Shown one piece after another: positions 53,280 to 64,000 of a stretch of DNA of 64,000 nucleotides (its first letter is position 1; each line of letters opens with the position of its first letter). Made by a program: the position numbers and the translations under genes. Where the stretch lies: NCBI RefSeq assembly GCF_009914755.1, contig NC_060925.1; one strand, 5' to 3'. Under the pieces are notes generated by a model that was not told the origin of the DNA, made no database searches, and saw nothing but the letters and a program-made list of their open reading frames with translations. Source of the stretch: the human T2T-CHM13v2.0 reference genome, Homo sapiens.

Positions 53280-54440
53280 CGGTGTCGGCAGGGACTGGGC
53301 GCTTGGGGCGCAGGAGGGAGCCGCGGCGTCCCGTCGCAGCGTGCGGGAGCAGGTGGGGGTGCAGCGCGGTGGCGCGCGGGAGCCCCGAGGGGCGGAGGCG
53401 GCTGCTACACCTAGGGCGTCGCGGAGCGCCCCGGGCTTGGCGCGGGCGGAGCCGCCCTAAGGGCCGCGCGTGTCCCCGGCCTCGGCCCCGCCCCGTCCCG
53501 TCCAATGAGAGCCCGCGGCCGAAGGGGCTGTCCGCACACTAGGCCCGCAGCTCCCTTCAGCGCCGCAGACCCCCTGACACCGCACCCGGTCCTCAGGCAG
53601 CGCGCCCCAGACCCCGGGTTCGGCACGCCGTCGTCGGCTTCCGGACATCGCAACTTGCGCCCCTCTCGGGGATCCTCCTCCCGGGCTCTGGACCCCAGGT
53701 GATCCTAGGTCCCCAGCCGCCGGCGAACACCATGGCCCCCCAGGGGGGTGAGGTAGGAGCAGCCTGAGTACCCCCAGAAGGTGCCCCGTCCACGCCCCTC
53801 CGGGCTGCGCGGCGGGAGTCTTCGGGGAGCTATGCTGAGACCGGGTGGTGCGGAGGAAGCTGCGCAGCTCCCGCTTCGGCGCGCCAGCGCCCCGGTCCCT
53901 GTGCCGTCGCCCGCGGCCCCCGACGGCTCCCGGGCTTCGGCCCGCCTAGGTCTTGCCTGCCTTCTGCTCCTGCTGCTGCTGACGCTGCCGGCCCGCGTAG
54001 ACACGTCCTGGTGGTAAGTGTGGCTCTCAGGCTGGGCGGGTGAGGCGCTTGGTAGGAGAGGCCGGAGGCGCCTGGAGGGACTGGCTGCTCACGGGACCAG
54101 GCTGTTGCTTCGACGGGTTGGAGACGATTCGGGCAGGACTGTCACTGAAATCTGAAGTCGCGGGGTGGCGGGAGGGTGAGGCGCCGCGTCTTACACGACT
54201 GGTGAGAAAGGCGCTGGGCATTCGGAGCAAGGATGCCCGGTGGTCGCGGCTCCTTAGGCCTCCACGTGCTGTACCCCCTCTATTTCAGCTCAAGCCCCTT
54301 AGGGCAGAAGCTACCTTCCGAGTTTCCCTCAGGGTGAGTTCAAGGAACGAATAACCTTCCAGGGCCCGCAATAGCTTCGCCAGGGCCCCAATCGCCTAAG
54401 GTCGCCCTCTGAGAGGTGGAGAAAGGGGCAGCTCGCTAGT
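52470..54440 (+). promoter_or_regulatory. WNT2B: WNT2B canonical promoter CpG island
   Basis: High GC and CpG density around exon 1. GC boxes at ~53389, ~53444 and 53485-53494; CCAAT at 53502-53506; no TATA box. Confidence 0.88.
53832..54013 (+). CDS. WNT2B: WNT2B canonical exon 1 with signal peptide ([10 protein letters not shown]...[17 protein letters not shown])
   Basis: ATG at 53832 in the CpG island, hydrophobic Leu run, TG|GTAAGT donor at 54014 (182 nt, phase 2). Confidence 0.96.
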
Positions 54441-56809
54441 CTAGCCCACCCATACCACAGGAAGGCTTTGGTGAGGCAGCAGCACCCAGCCGAGGCTTAG
54501 AAATGGAATCGAGGCAAAATTTACCCCATTAACTCCCACAATTAAAACAAACAAAACGCATGGGTTTGCATTATCTAGGCATTTGTCTTCAGCCACCGTT
54601 TTGAGGATGTCACTTAGGAAACTTTGCCTCCCTCCCTTCTTCCTATTCTTTCCCATCTCCCATTTCTCCCCTCCAAGAGCCAGAGGGCTGCGGAGTCCCA
54701 AGATACTAAGAGACCCCCTCCCCAGATTTCTTGCAGGCCCTAGACTCCAGACACTTCACAAGAGGGCAGATGAGGCAAAAAGGCATTACAGATCCACTGG
54801 ATGTCTCGTGTCTGTTCTTTTTAGAATCCTCCCTGCCCCCTACTCCTTGGATGGCACTCATCACCTTCCCGTAGGAGAAGGAGCTGCTTTCCCTTCTTCC
54901 CCACCATGGGGAGAGGGCAAAGCAGGGAGAGTTGAACCTAGAAAAGACTCAGTCTTTCCTCTTCACCCCACAATCAAACTGGCCTCTTGGACTAGGCTAT
55001 TGCCCCTCTCCACCAGGCAGTGCCTCCCGTCCTTTCCTTACTCCGTTCTTCTTCCCGTGCAAGCCCCCCTCCCCGAAATGTGGTCTCTTCTCTCCTTGCA
55101 CCCTGTGGCTTTTCTCCTCTTGACTTGGAATCTTGGCTGAAGGGTGAGGGGTAGCTGGCCGAGGGGCCCGCCAGCTTGGGCTGCAGATTCCTATCATTTC
55201 AAGATGCCGTCTCTCCTTATCCCAACCCCCACCCCCTGTTTTCCTGTTTCAGAAAAATCTCTTTTGAATTTTTTTTTTTTAAATCTCTGCAGTGTTGGGG
55301 AAGGCAAGGAGGGGGGGTTCTGGTTGGGGGAACAGAGAGGCCTATATCTTACATCTGGCTTGAAACATTCTTTTAGAAAGGGAAAGGGGAGAAGGGGGAT
55401 GAGGAGAAAAACCTTTCAAAGTTCTGAGTGAGATCAAAGCTACCTTTTGCCTTCATGAGCTTGGTCTGGCTGGGGACTTGGCATCTTCAGGGTCTTTGTT
55501 GAGACAACATGAAGTAACCGCTGCCCATCTTTATCTGGCTCAGACAGCAGTTTGCTTTTTGGGACTCTTGATTGCTTCTTACCAGTTTGGGATATAGTCT
55601 TGGGGACCAATTGGTGTTTGGGTGAGGAAGTGTCACTCTGGTAATTTCAGCATCCTGGCAGTGGTTCCTAAAGACCCAAATGGGGGTCTTCCTAGTTCCC
55701 ATTTTGTACTCTTGACTACTCCCTCTCCCTTTTCCTTTCTCCCTCTACTACCCTCCCCTGATGTGGTTCATATTAAAGATTCTGGAAAAATTCCTGGGTG
55801 AAAGAGCTAGGGAGGGAGGGAGGGAGGGAGGTGACACAGAGTGACTTAGCAGCCCCTGTGAAAAGGAGGAAGGCTGCAACAGGGCCAGGTTGGGAAGTGG
55901 GTACAGAGGTTGTTTCAGCCTCCTTGCTCCACACCTGTCATAGCTACAGGCCCAGATGCCTGCCTCAGTGATCACCACTTGTGGGATAAGGTGAAAAGCT
56001 ACCTTCTAAGGGCAGGCTAAGCCCCCAAGCCTTTCTCTTAGGAAAAAACCAGCAAGATTGATGTTCTGTACAACCCGTGGAAGAGAAATGCCTGTTGACT
56101 CTGGTGTGTCCATGTTCCACTCTGGAGCAGAAGGCCATCATTTTCACCAGTTAATATTTGGATTTTTCTCATAGCTTGAGATTCTTCCCCTTACTCTCTA
56201 ACCACTGCCCTCCCTCTATCTATCCTAAACAGACCAAGAAATAGGGAGCTTCCGGCATGTGCTTTCCTGTTTCATTTTGCATTCTGTAGGGGGTTGGATG
56301 TAGGGAATCACAAGAACAGGATTGTATTCATAGGCTCACAAAGGGAGAGAAACACAAAGTGGTATCATATTGTTAGCACTACTTTTACCAACAGCAGTTG
56401 CTTTTAATAAGCCCTTACTGAGCTTCAGGCACTATGGCCAAACACCTTATGAGCATGATCTTTGTCAATCTGAAATAATCCAGTGAGATGGGTTCTATTA
56501 TCATCCTTATTTCACAAATGAAAGTGAGGGATGCTGTGGCATTAAGAGCAGATTCATGGAGGCTAATAGTGTTATCTCTGTGTTCAAAGTTCTATATGTG
56601 CTGGGCTGAATCATGTACACTAGGGGCTGTACACGAAAGGAGGAAAGGAAAAAAAAAAGCAGATCCCTGGCCCGTTTGTGTCTTTAACATACAAACATAA
56701 AACATCTGCAGATAGGCTGGCAACTGTTGACAAGTAAAGCTGTAATGGAAATGGGAGTTAATGGCTGGCTAGAGGGAGAAGGGAGTTGGGGATAAATCAG
56801 AACAGTTAG

Positions 56810-57070
56810 GTGTTTATTCAACAAATAGTGATTGCATACCTACTATGTGCCAGGCACTGTTCTCAGTACTGGGGATATTGAATTGAACAAAACCGACAAA
56901 AATCCCTGCCTTTGTGGAGTGGTGCATCCAAACCATGTGAGGATCATGGTGAAATGCAGATTCTGTTACGGTAGGCCTTGGGTGGGGCCTGAATGTCTGC
57001 ATTTCTAACGAATCCCCACATGATACAGATACTGCTGTTCTGGGGACCACACTTTGAGTAGCAAGGGGCT
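56810..57070. mobile_element. L2 tail (-) followed by MER5A-like element
   Basis: tttattcaacaaat...cctactatgtgccaggcact; atgcagattctg...ggggaccacactttgagtagca. Confidence 0.7.
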
Positions 57071-59442
57071 AGAGTAGTGTATGCCTCACTTTGTCAAATG
57101 AAGGGATGTGAATTGGCCAAAAGCAGGTGAAGAGAAGCATTCTGGGGCAGGAAGCTGGGAAGGAAGTGAAGAACTTCCAGAAGGGAAAAACAAAGCTAGA
57201 GTCAGGGCATCTAACACTCTACCAGACCGTGAGGTGGGAGATGCCTTAAATATCTTTGTGTCCCTGACATCTGAGCTCAGTGCTTGGCACATGGTAGACA
57301 TTTTGCAGGCATGTGTTGAACTGAGAGGAAGATGTGGTTAGCCTCAGGCTCAGCTTTATTGGAGGCTCCCTACACTAACTACAAGGGGCTGACTACTGGA
57401 GAGCAAGCAAGCGCCATGCTCTGTGGAGTCTTGAAGCCATTACTTAGTGGAGTAAGGGTGGTAATAGAGACATTTAATTATCTTCCCATCTTAGATACTG
57501 AACAGATGTTCCCACACTCAGTGAGGATGTAATAAAAAGGACCTATGTGGGCTGCAGCAGAATGGATTTAAGTCAGACCACAAGAAGGACTTGTTGCCCG
57601 AGTTTGGCCTGCCCCACTCCAGACTGTCTCACGAGGGCTGGGTTATTGGTCTCTCATTCCCATCCAACCCTCCTCACCCAAGCCCCATTAAAAAAAAACA
57701 AAAAAACACACCCATTGCCTAGAGCAGTACTTGGGCTGAACTAGGGAAGCTGAACGGTGGTGAGACAGGGACAAGCTCCAACTCCAACGGTCTTGATTCT
57801 CCAAACAAAGCACCACAGCAGTGGGTGTAACTCTGGGCTGTGCGTCAGGCAGCCTTTCCGGCCTGGCCCTGTCTGGGGTGTTTATTTTGTTTGTTCCTGG
57901 AAGCTGTTGCCCTGATGGACAGTGCTGGGGATGCTGATTCCATGGGATTTGTTAGGGGAGGGCCAGCCCTCTCACCCCTTCCCCGGGACAGATGGGCCCC
58001 ATCAGCCCTGCTGAGTTCCCGAAGAGGCAAGCATCAGCCCTCCTTGTGTTTGTTTGAGTTGGTGTCACCAGTGGTGATCCAGTCTGTGGGTGAGGGCCGG
58101 CTGTGGGAATGCAGGGGGGTGGTGGGGGGGGACACAGAGCCCAGGGCAGTCTAGCTTTTCCCCTCCCCACACCAGCTGCCCTCCCTTCTCCTCACCCACT
58201 TCTAGGCCCATTTTGGGGCCGTTCCCAAACCACAGGCTCATTCATAGCTCAAACCAAGTCTTTTCTGTCTGCAGTAACAATTGCTCTCCATGGCCCCACC
58301 TGTTCAAAACAGGGGAGGGAGGGCAGCCCTTTGATGCGTTCTGGACAGGAGAATAAAAAGTTCCCAGCAAATCAAGGAAGGTGCTATGGGGTTAAAGGGA
58401 GAGAAAGAGAATGACAAGTGGAGCTGGGCTGTTGAGCTGGAGGAAGTGGGTGAATGGGTCAGATCTCATTTGGTGGCCTCTTGGGGAAGAAGGGTGATAT
58501 ACTCCTGTTTTCTCTCTGAAATATTCTTCCTGAGGCTTGTGGTGGGATCCAGGGTTAAAACTGAGTGAAGAGAAAATATTGCCTTGAGAAACAATAATGA
58601 CTCTGGCAACCCACCTATTCTTTAGTAGCCCATCTCAATTGACCTTCTTTTAATTGTTCATATTGGACAGACTGGAGACTGCAGTGTGGGGAGAGTCATC
58701 CTCTTACTTATCTTGGCCTTTGGCTTCCCACTGCAGACAGCCCTTGCAGGTCCATCCAGGTTGGGGAAGATGGTTTTAAAAGGTTCATTAGTTAAGAAAG
58801 GCCCTGGGGCCTGGAAATAAAGGGTTTGAGGAGGAGAGTAGAGGGTGGGGTCTTCCTCCCCGGACCTCACGATTGGGAATGAGGATTTTTTTTAGCTACA
58901 CGGGTCTGACTAGAGCTGTAAACGTTACTCAGATTGCTCACTATGTCTCTTCCCACGAGCCCCTCCCTGTCACCACCCCCCTGCTGTCAAACCATATCTT
59001 CGTGGACCAGCCATGCGGGACATCCCTCTTAATGGGAGCATAAGAGTGTTGTCTCAGACCCTTATTTTGTTAGTTTATGTTTCCATGAAGCTCTTAATGT
59101 TTATTAAATAAACAGACAATGAGTTTGTGTGACATGCCCACAGCTTCTGTGTATGTGACACATGCCTAGCCTGTGTTCTGGGAGTGTATGTCACTTTGGC
59201 CTTTGGCTGGGGAACTGGTGATGGTGGGAGGCCACTCAATTACTCTCTCTGCAACTGTATAACTATTAATACTTCTTCAGAACTGTGGGAAATGGTTCTA
59301 CTCATCAGCTTTATGGAATGTGGGTTAGGGAGAGGGGACAGAATCTCTTCAAGGTCTGGATGCTAAACGTACCCCTTCCTTATTCCCTCCCAATGCAGAA
59401 AAAGGTCTGGGATGTTCTGACAGGGCCATCTCTGCCTTGCAG

Positions 59443-59663
59443 GTACATTGGGGCACTGGGGGCACGAGTGATCTGTGACAATATCCCTGGTTTGGTGAGC
59501 CGGCAGCGGCAGCTGTGCCAGCGTTACCCAGACATCATGCGTTCAGTGGGCGAGGGTGCCCGAGAATGGATCCGAGAGTGTCAGCACCAATTCCGCCACC
59601 ACCGCTGGAACTGTACCACCCTGGACCGGGACCACACCGTCTTTGGCCGTGTCATGCTCAGAA
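59443..59663 (+). CDS. WNT2B: WNT2B exon 2 ([16 protein letters not shown]...[13 protein letters not shown]...VMLR)
   Basis: ttgcag|G acceptor, A|GTAAG donor, Wnt-family Cys pattern, 221 nt. Confidence 0.97.
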
Positions 59664-60708
59664 GTAAGAGCCTCTTCCATCCTGTGTCAGCTCCTTCCCT
59701 TTCTGTGCTGGGGGTGGTGAGTGGGAAGAGTAGGCAAGATCTCCCCTCTCCTCTCCCACACACTGTTTCATCATCAGAGAAAGAACTGTGGGCAGAGCCC
59801 AGGATATAATTGGGAACAGACTCTTAGCATCTTAGATTTGTAGACAGGGGCTCCTCTAAATCTTAGTGCTCTGGGACAAGACCAAGGTAAAGCATTCCCT
59901 AGAACCTCCATCTTTCTCCCTCATTTTCCTTGTCCTCCCCAATCCCCAGCTTGGGAGGCTACCATGTACTGTAAGGCTGAGGTCTATGATAGGCCCTCTG
60001 TTCTTAACACCACCATCACTATCGTCACCCCAACACTCCCAACACTACAGTAATGGGAACAAAAGATAAACAGAAAGGTGATATGTAAATATTTGGAGAG
60101 TCAGTGGCTTGGCCTCAGCTCAGCAAAAAAGCTAAATAGAGCTAGACAGTAAACTAGGAGAAAGGGAACAAGATGGGAATCTGGAGGTGTCAGGCATACA
60201 GGGGCGATAATTCATCAGTCTCCAAGAGCAGGGAGGGAGAGCAAGCAGGCAAGGGAGGGTAGCATGGATCTCTAAACAGGCTGACCCCTGGGCTGGGGTC
60301 TCCATTGTGGGGGAACTGTCCAGCAGAGTGGGCCTGAAAAGGCCTGGAATGTGGACTAAGGCAGGCTTAGCTGAGCCAGTGCTGGCACTCAGTGGGAGGG
60401 GATGATTCACCAGGAGACTTTTCAATGGATGGACACAGGGAATTTGGCAGGAAACAAGAGTATAGGTCAGCTCAAAAGGTCAGATATACAAAGAAGTGGA
60501 TAGAGAGTAGTGAGGGCTGAGGGGAAGAGGTCAGATACTCTGGGGAATGCTCTTGGAAATGAAAGGCACCTTGAATAAAGGGGGTGTAGGGGTGACTCTG
60601 GGAAAGAAAATTAGGGAAGAGGTTTCAGAGTCAGAGGTTGTATGGGCTGAAGAAGGGGACAGACATGGGCCTCTTTCCTGAAGCACACCTCTACAATTCT
60701 CTCTCTAG

Positions 60709-60986
60709 GTAGCCGAGAGGCAGCTTTTGTATATGCCATCTCATCAGCAGGGGTAGTCCACGCTATTACTCGCGCCTGTAGCCAGGGTGAACTGAGTGTG
60801 TGCAGCTGTGACCCCTACACCCGTGGCCGACACCATGACCAGCGTGGGGACTTTGACTGGGGTGGCTGCAGTGACAACATCCACTACGGTGTCCGTTTTG
60901 CCAAGGCCTTCGTGGATGCCAAGGAGAAGAGGCTTAAGGATGCCCGGGCCCTCATGAACTTACATAATAACCGCTGTGGTCGCACG
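60709..60986 (+). CDS. WNT2B: WNT2B exon 3 ([14 protein letters not shown]...WGGCSDN...[11 protein letters not shown])
   Basis: ctctctag|GT acceptor, ACG|GTCAGT donor, Wnt signature motifs, 278 nt. Confidence 0.97.
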
Positions 60987-61689
60987 GTCAGTACTCATGT
61001 CTGTGTAAGTACACTCATATTTGCTGGGGGTGACCAGTGTGTGTGACCATGGACTAAATAAATGTGAAGATGGAAGAGCTGAAGGCTTCTGGGTCACTTC
61101 CAAAAGCCCCAACATCCTGGGACAGGAGAACTAAATGCAAGGGAGCTTAGGAATGCCTAGGGTCAAACAGGTGCGTGAAGAGTCTTCACATAGGTGGAAA
61201 GTAGGAAAAGGTGGAGAAAAGAAGTAACTTTTTAAGAAGGAAAAGAACTGCCTTCATAAAGACTGAGAGGATAAGAGGTTGTTCTAGTCAGTTCCCTGGT
61301 ATTTGAACATCTTCTATGTGCCTAGTACTATGCTGGAAAATGGCACACCACTAAAGTAGAAGGCATGGTACCTGGCACTCTAAAACGTGAAAAGTAGAGG
61401 ATGTGCAAGCACACTGTCATCGTGAACAGAATCCTGTGGCTCTACAGTTCAGTGGGCTGTCATGAAAAGGAAAGCACTGTTGGTTCAGGCAGATTTCCTG
61501 GAAAAAGAGTTTCTTGAACTTGATCAGGAAGAATGGGTGGGATCTGATGTGGGAGAGAACCGAGAGCTCAATCGGCCAGCCAGGGCCAGGTCCAGCCTAT
61601 CTCAGAGCACTCATCCTTTTGGACCTAGGGATGACTAAAATGTGTCCTGACCAGCTACTTCTCCCTTAACTGCCTTCCCCCTCCCCCAG

Positions 61690-61954
61690 GCTGTGCGGCG
61701 GTTTCTGAAGCTGGAGTGTAAGTGCCATGGCGTGAGTGGTTCCTGTACTCTGCGCACCTGCTGGCGTGCACTCTCAGATTTCCGCCGCACAGGTGATTAC
61801 CTGCGGCGACGCTATGATGGGGCTGTGCAGGTGATGGCCACCCAAGATGGTGCCAACTTCACCGCAGCCCGCCAAGGCTATCGCCGTGCCACCCGGACTG
61901 ATCTTGTCTACTTTGACAACTCTCCAGATTACTGTGTCTTGGACAAGGCTGCAG
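61690..61954 (+). CDS. WNT2B: WNT2B exon 4 ([19 protein letters not shown]...SPDYC...AA); final exon outside window
   Basis: cccccag|GCT acceptor, G|GTGAGT donor, [10 protein letters not shown] motif with the palmitoleoylated Ser, 265 nt. Confidence 0.97.
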
Positions 61955-63411
61955 GTGAGTAAGGAAGGCAGGCAGGGACATGCAGTCCCAGTTCTTAGTG
62001 CAGGCACCCCTGGTTAATCATGGTCTGTTCAGTCTCAGGAGTTAGGGAAGGGGGTGCTGTGGGAGGAGGCAGTTTCCTCTCCACATGAACACCTGGTCAT
62101 GAGATTGTTGCAGTCCACCAGGCCCAGTGCTGCCCAAGTAGAGAGGAGGTCACTCAGCTCCTTGAGGCCTGAGGTCATGCATCGCTCCTTTGTATCCCAG
62201 CATCTGGGATACAGTAGGCATTATTCAGGGTATGTTTAACTTAGTTACCTGTTTTCAGTTTTAAGCAATGTGTGGGCTGCACAGAAACATAAGATGCAGC
62301 CCTAAGCCTTTGGCTCTTCGCAATCTACTTAAAGAAATGAGACATAATGGGTAGACAAATGCAAAGAGAGATGGAGAAATCAATAAAGTTTATTTGAAAA
62401 TGTAGGGAAAAAAAAGAAACTAGAATTTAAGCTGCTCCTTGAAGTGTAGGGAGTATCTGGATAGCTTGAGAGACGAGTGGGCAATTTCTTATCAGAGAGT
62501 AGTAGGTGGGAAAGCACATGATCTGTCCCAGGGACAGAGAACAGACCAATCTGCTGGGTAAAGGTTCTCTCTAAGGGAGATTAAAGCTAGAAAGATGTCC
62601 TTGAAAGGCTTTATCCAGTGTGCTGCCATTGAAGATTCTGAAACAGCTGAAAAAGAAACGAAGAAGAGATCCCTACCAAAGGCAGGTAAAGCAGCAAATG
62701 GTTGTTTTTCAGTCTGTTCGAGGTATTTGTGGTGGGATTCTTGGAGGTGCTGGAAGTTGATATGGTTTTTCCCCAAGGGAATGAAAGTTACCATCCTGGC
62801 TCACATTTCTGGTTCAGATAGGTTAAACTAGGAACATGCAATGCAGCAGAACTCTTCTCCTCTGGTTATTGCTGTGGGGCTCCCAGGCTCTTTTCTACAG
62901 GCTCAGCGTCAGGACTTGGGTGAAGTGGAGCCAAAAAACCTCAGCTATCTTCGGTACTGTTTGTTTTCACCCATCACTGTCATTCCTGGAAGAGTCAAGT
63001 GGCTTGGAGTAAAACTGGGCACAGAAAAAGGGTGGGGCTCTACCCAATTAATGAAGAAAGTAGTCTGTATACTTTGTAGGGTGCTAGAAGAAAAAAACTT
63101 GGAGCCCTTCTGATTTTCCTAGTGATTTCCTGCCACTAAGTATACTTTCCTCCCACTTGGTCTAATTCAGAGGGTCACTCTCTGGATACCTAGAAATAAT
63201 TCCATAACATCTGAGGTGTAAACCTATACTACCATACTGAAAATACACCTTTAGGGAAGGAACTTTGGAGTTAGGAGGGAGGATAAGTCAAATGTGTGTT
63301 CGTTTTTCTCAGAGGCATAAAATTAGGCCTCCTAAAACCCAAAGTGGGCCCTGGAATTCAAAGAATATAAGTCATCCCAGAAAGAATATGGAGCCAGGAA
63401 TTCCCTCCAAA

Positions 63412-63620
63412 GCAATAGAGTCCAATTGAACTTTCTGTGATGATAGAAATGTTTTCCTATCTCTGTTGTCCAATACAGTAGCAACTAGCCACATGTGATT
63501 ACTGAGTACTTGGAATATAACTAGTGTGACTGAGGAGCTAAATTTTTTAGTTTAATTTTCATTAATTTAGATGTAAAAGACCATATGTGACTAGTGGCTG
63601 CTACCCTGGACAGCACAGCT
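63412..63620. mobile_element. MER3-like hAT-Charlie element
   Basis: gtccaattgaactttctgtgatgat...ctagccacatgtg...ctagtggctgctaccctggacagcacag. Confidence 0.7.
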
Positions 63621-64000
63621 CCACAGTGTAGAAGGGGTTTTTGGTGCCCAAGAGGACTTAAGACCCAGCCCTTGGAGTTAGGAGACTAACATATACAGTA
63701 GACCTAGTCAGTCCACATTCCAGACCAGTGGTCTCCTAACATTCTGGATCCTTTACTCCTATCATTAAAACAATTTGAGCATATATCTCCATTATATGTA
63801 TATTTATTTATACCTGTGTTCCACTATATGAATATGTATATTATAAAACGTAAATATTTTAAATTGATGAGATAAAAAACATAGAAGTTCTAGCATTTTC
63901 CTCCCGTATCCCAGTGACATTTGGAGACTAATTCTGTAGAAATCAGTTAATCTATTCTCCGTTTTGAACCTAGGCTAGTCAGTTTCCCATCTCTGGATTC

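Noticed and set aside
52472-55140. ORFs of 100-185 aa around the promoter
   Set aside because: CpG-island artefacts; only 53832-54013 matches WNT2B.
55431-58336. Isolated TCF/LEF motifs (AGATCAAAG 55431, CTTTGATG 58329)
   Set aside because: The same 7-mer occurs several times inside repeats elsewhere in the window; no enrichment is evident.
59128-59170. p53-like half-sites (gacatgccc, cacatgccta)
   Set aside because: Imperfect and spaced too far apart for a canonical p53 element.

Overview
Human-type (hominoid) genomic DNA from the CTTNBP2NL-WNT2B locus; from recalled knowledge this is chr1p13.2. Left end: the 1.48-kb terminal coding exon of CTTNBP2NL (477-1958, +) and its ~3.7-kb 3'UTR, then the MIR4256 hairpin on the minus strand (6311-6374). 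The rest is WNT2B (+). It has two distal alternative exons (coding parts 12104-12157 and 35580-35650) that encode the signal-peptide-less WNT2B1/WNT13B N-terminus, a CpG-island promoter with canonical exon 1 (53832-54013), and shared exons 2-4 (59443-59663, 60709-60986, 61690-61954). The last WNT2B exon lies beyond the window. Positions ~12.2-46.3 kb are almost entirely nested L1, Alu, LTR and DNA-transposon relics, and nearly all other ORFs in the track are repeat noise. No new gene system of the prokaryotic kind is supported. The best candidate for an under-described system is the distal WNT2B isoform module. Both private exons look like exonised transposons (hAT-like and L2). The 71-nt frame-switching exon sits between an inverted AluY/AluS pair that could loop it out. 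A CTCF-motif/CpG patch lies ~1 kb upstream of the first exon. Other notable items: a ~110-bp duplication in the WNT2B promoter, a strong-Kozak uORF, an orphan CpG island with a motif cluster, and an atypical tailless L1 fragment with a 9-bp flanking duplication. Repeat boundaries and subfamily names were read by eye and are approximate.
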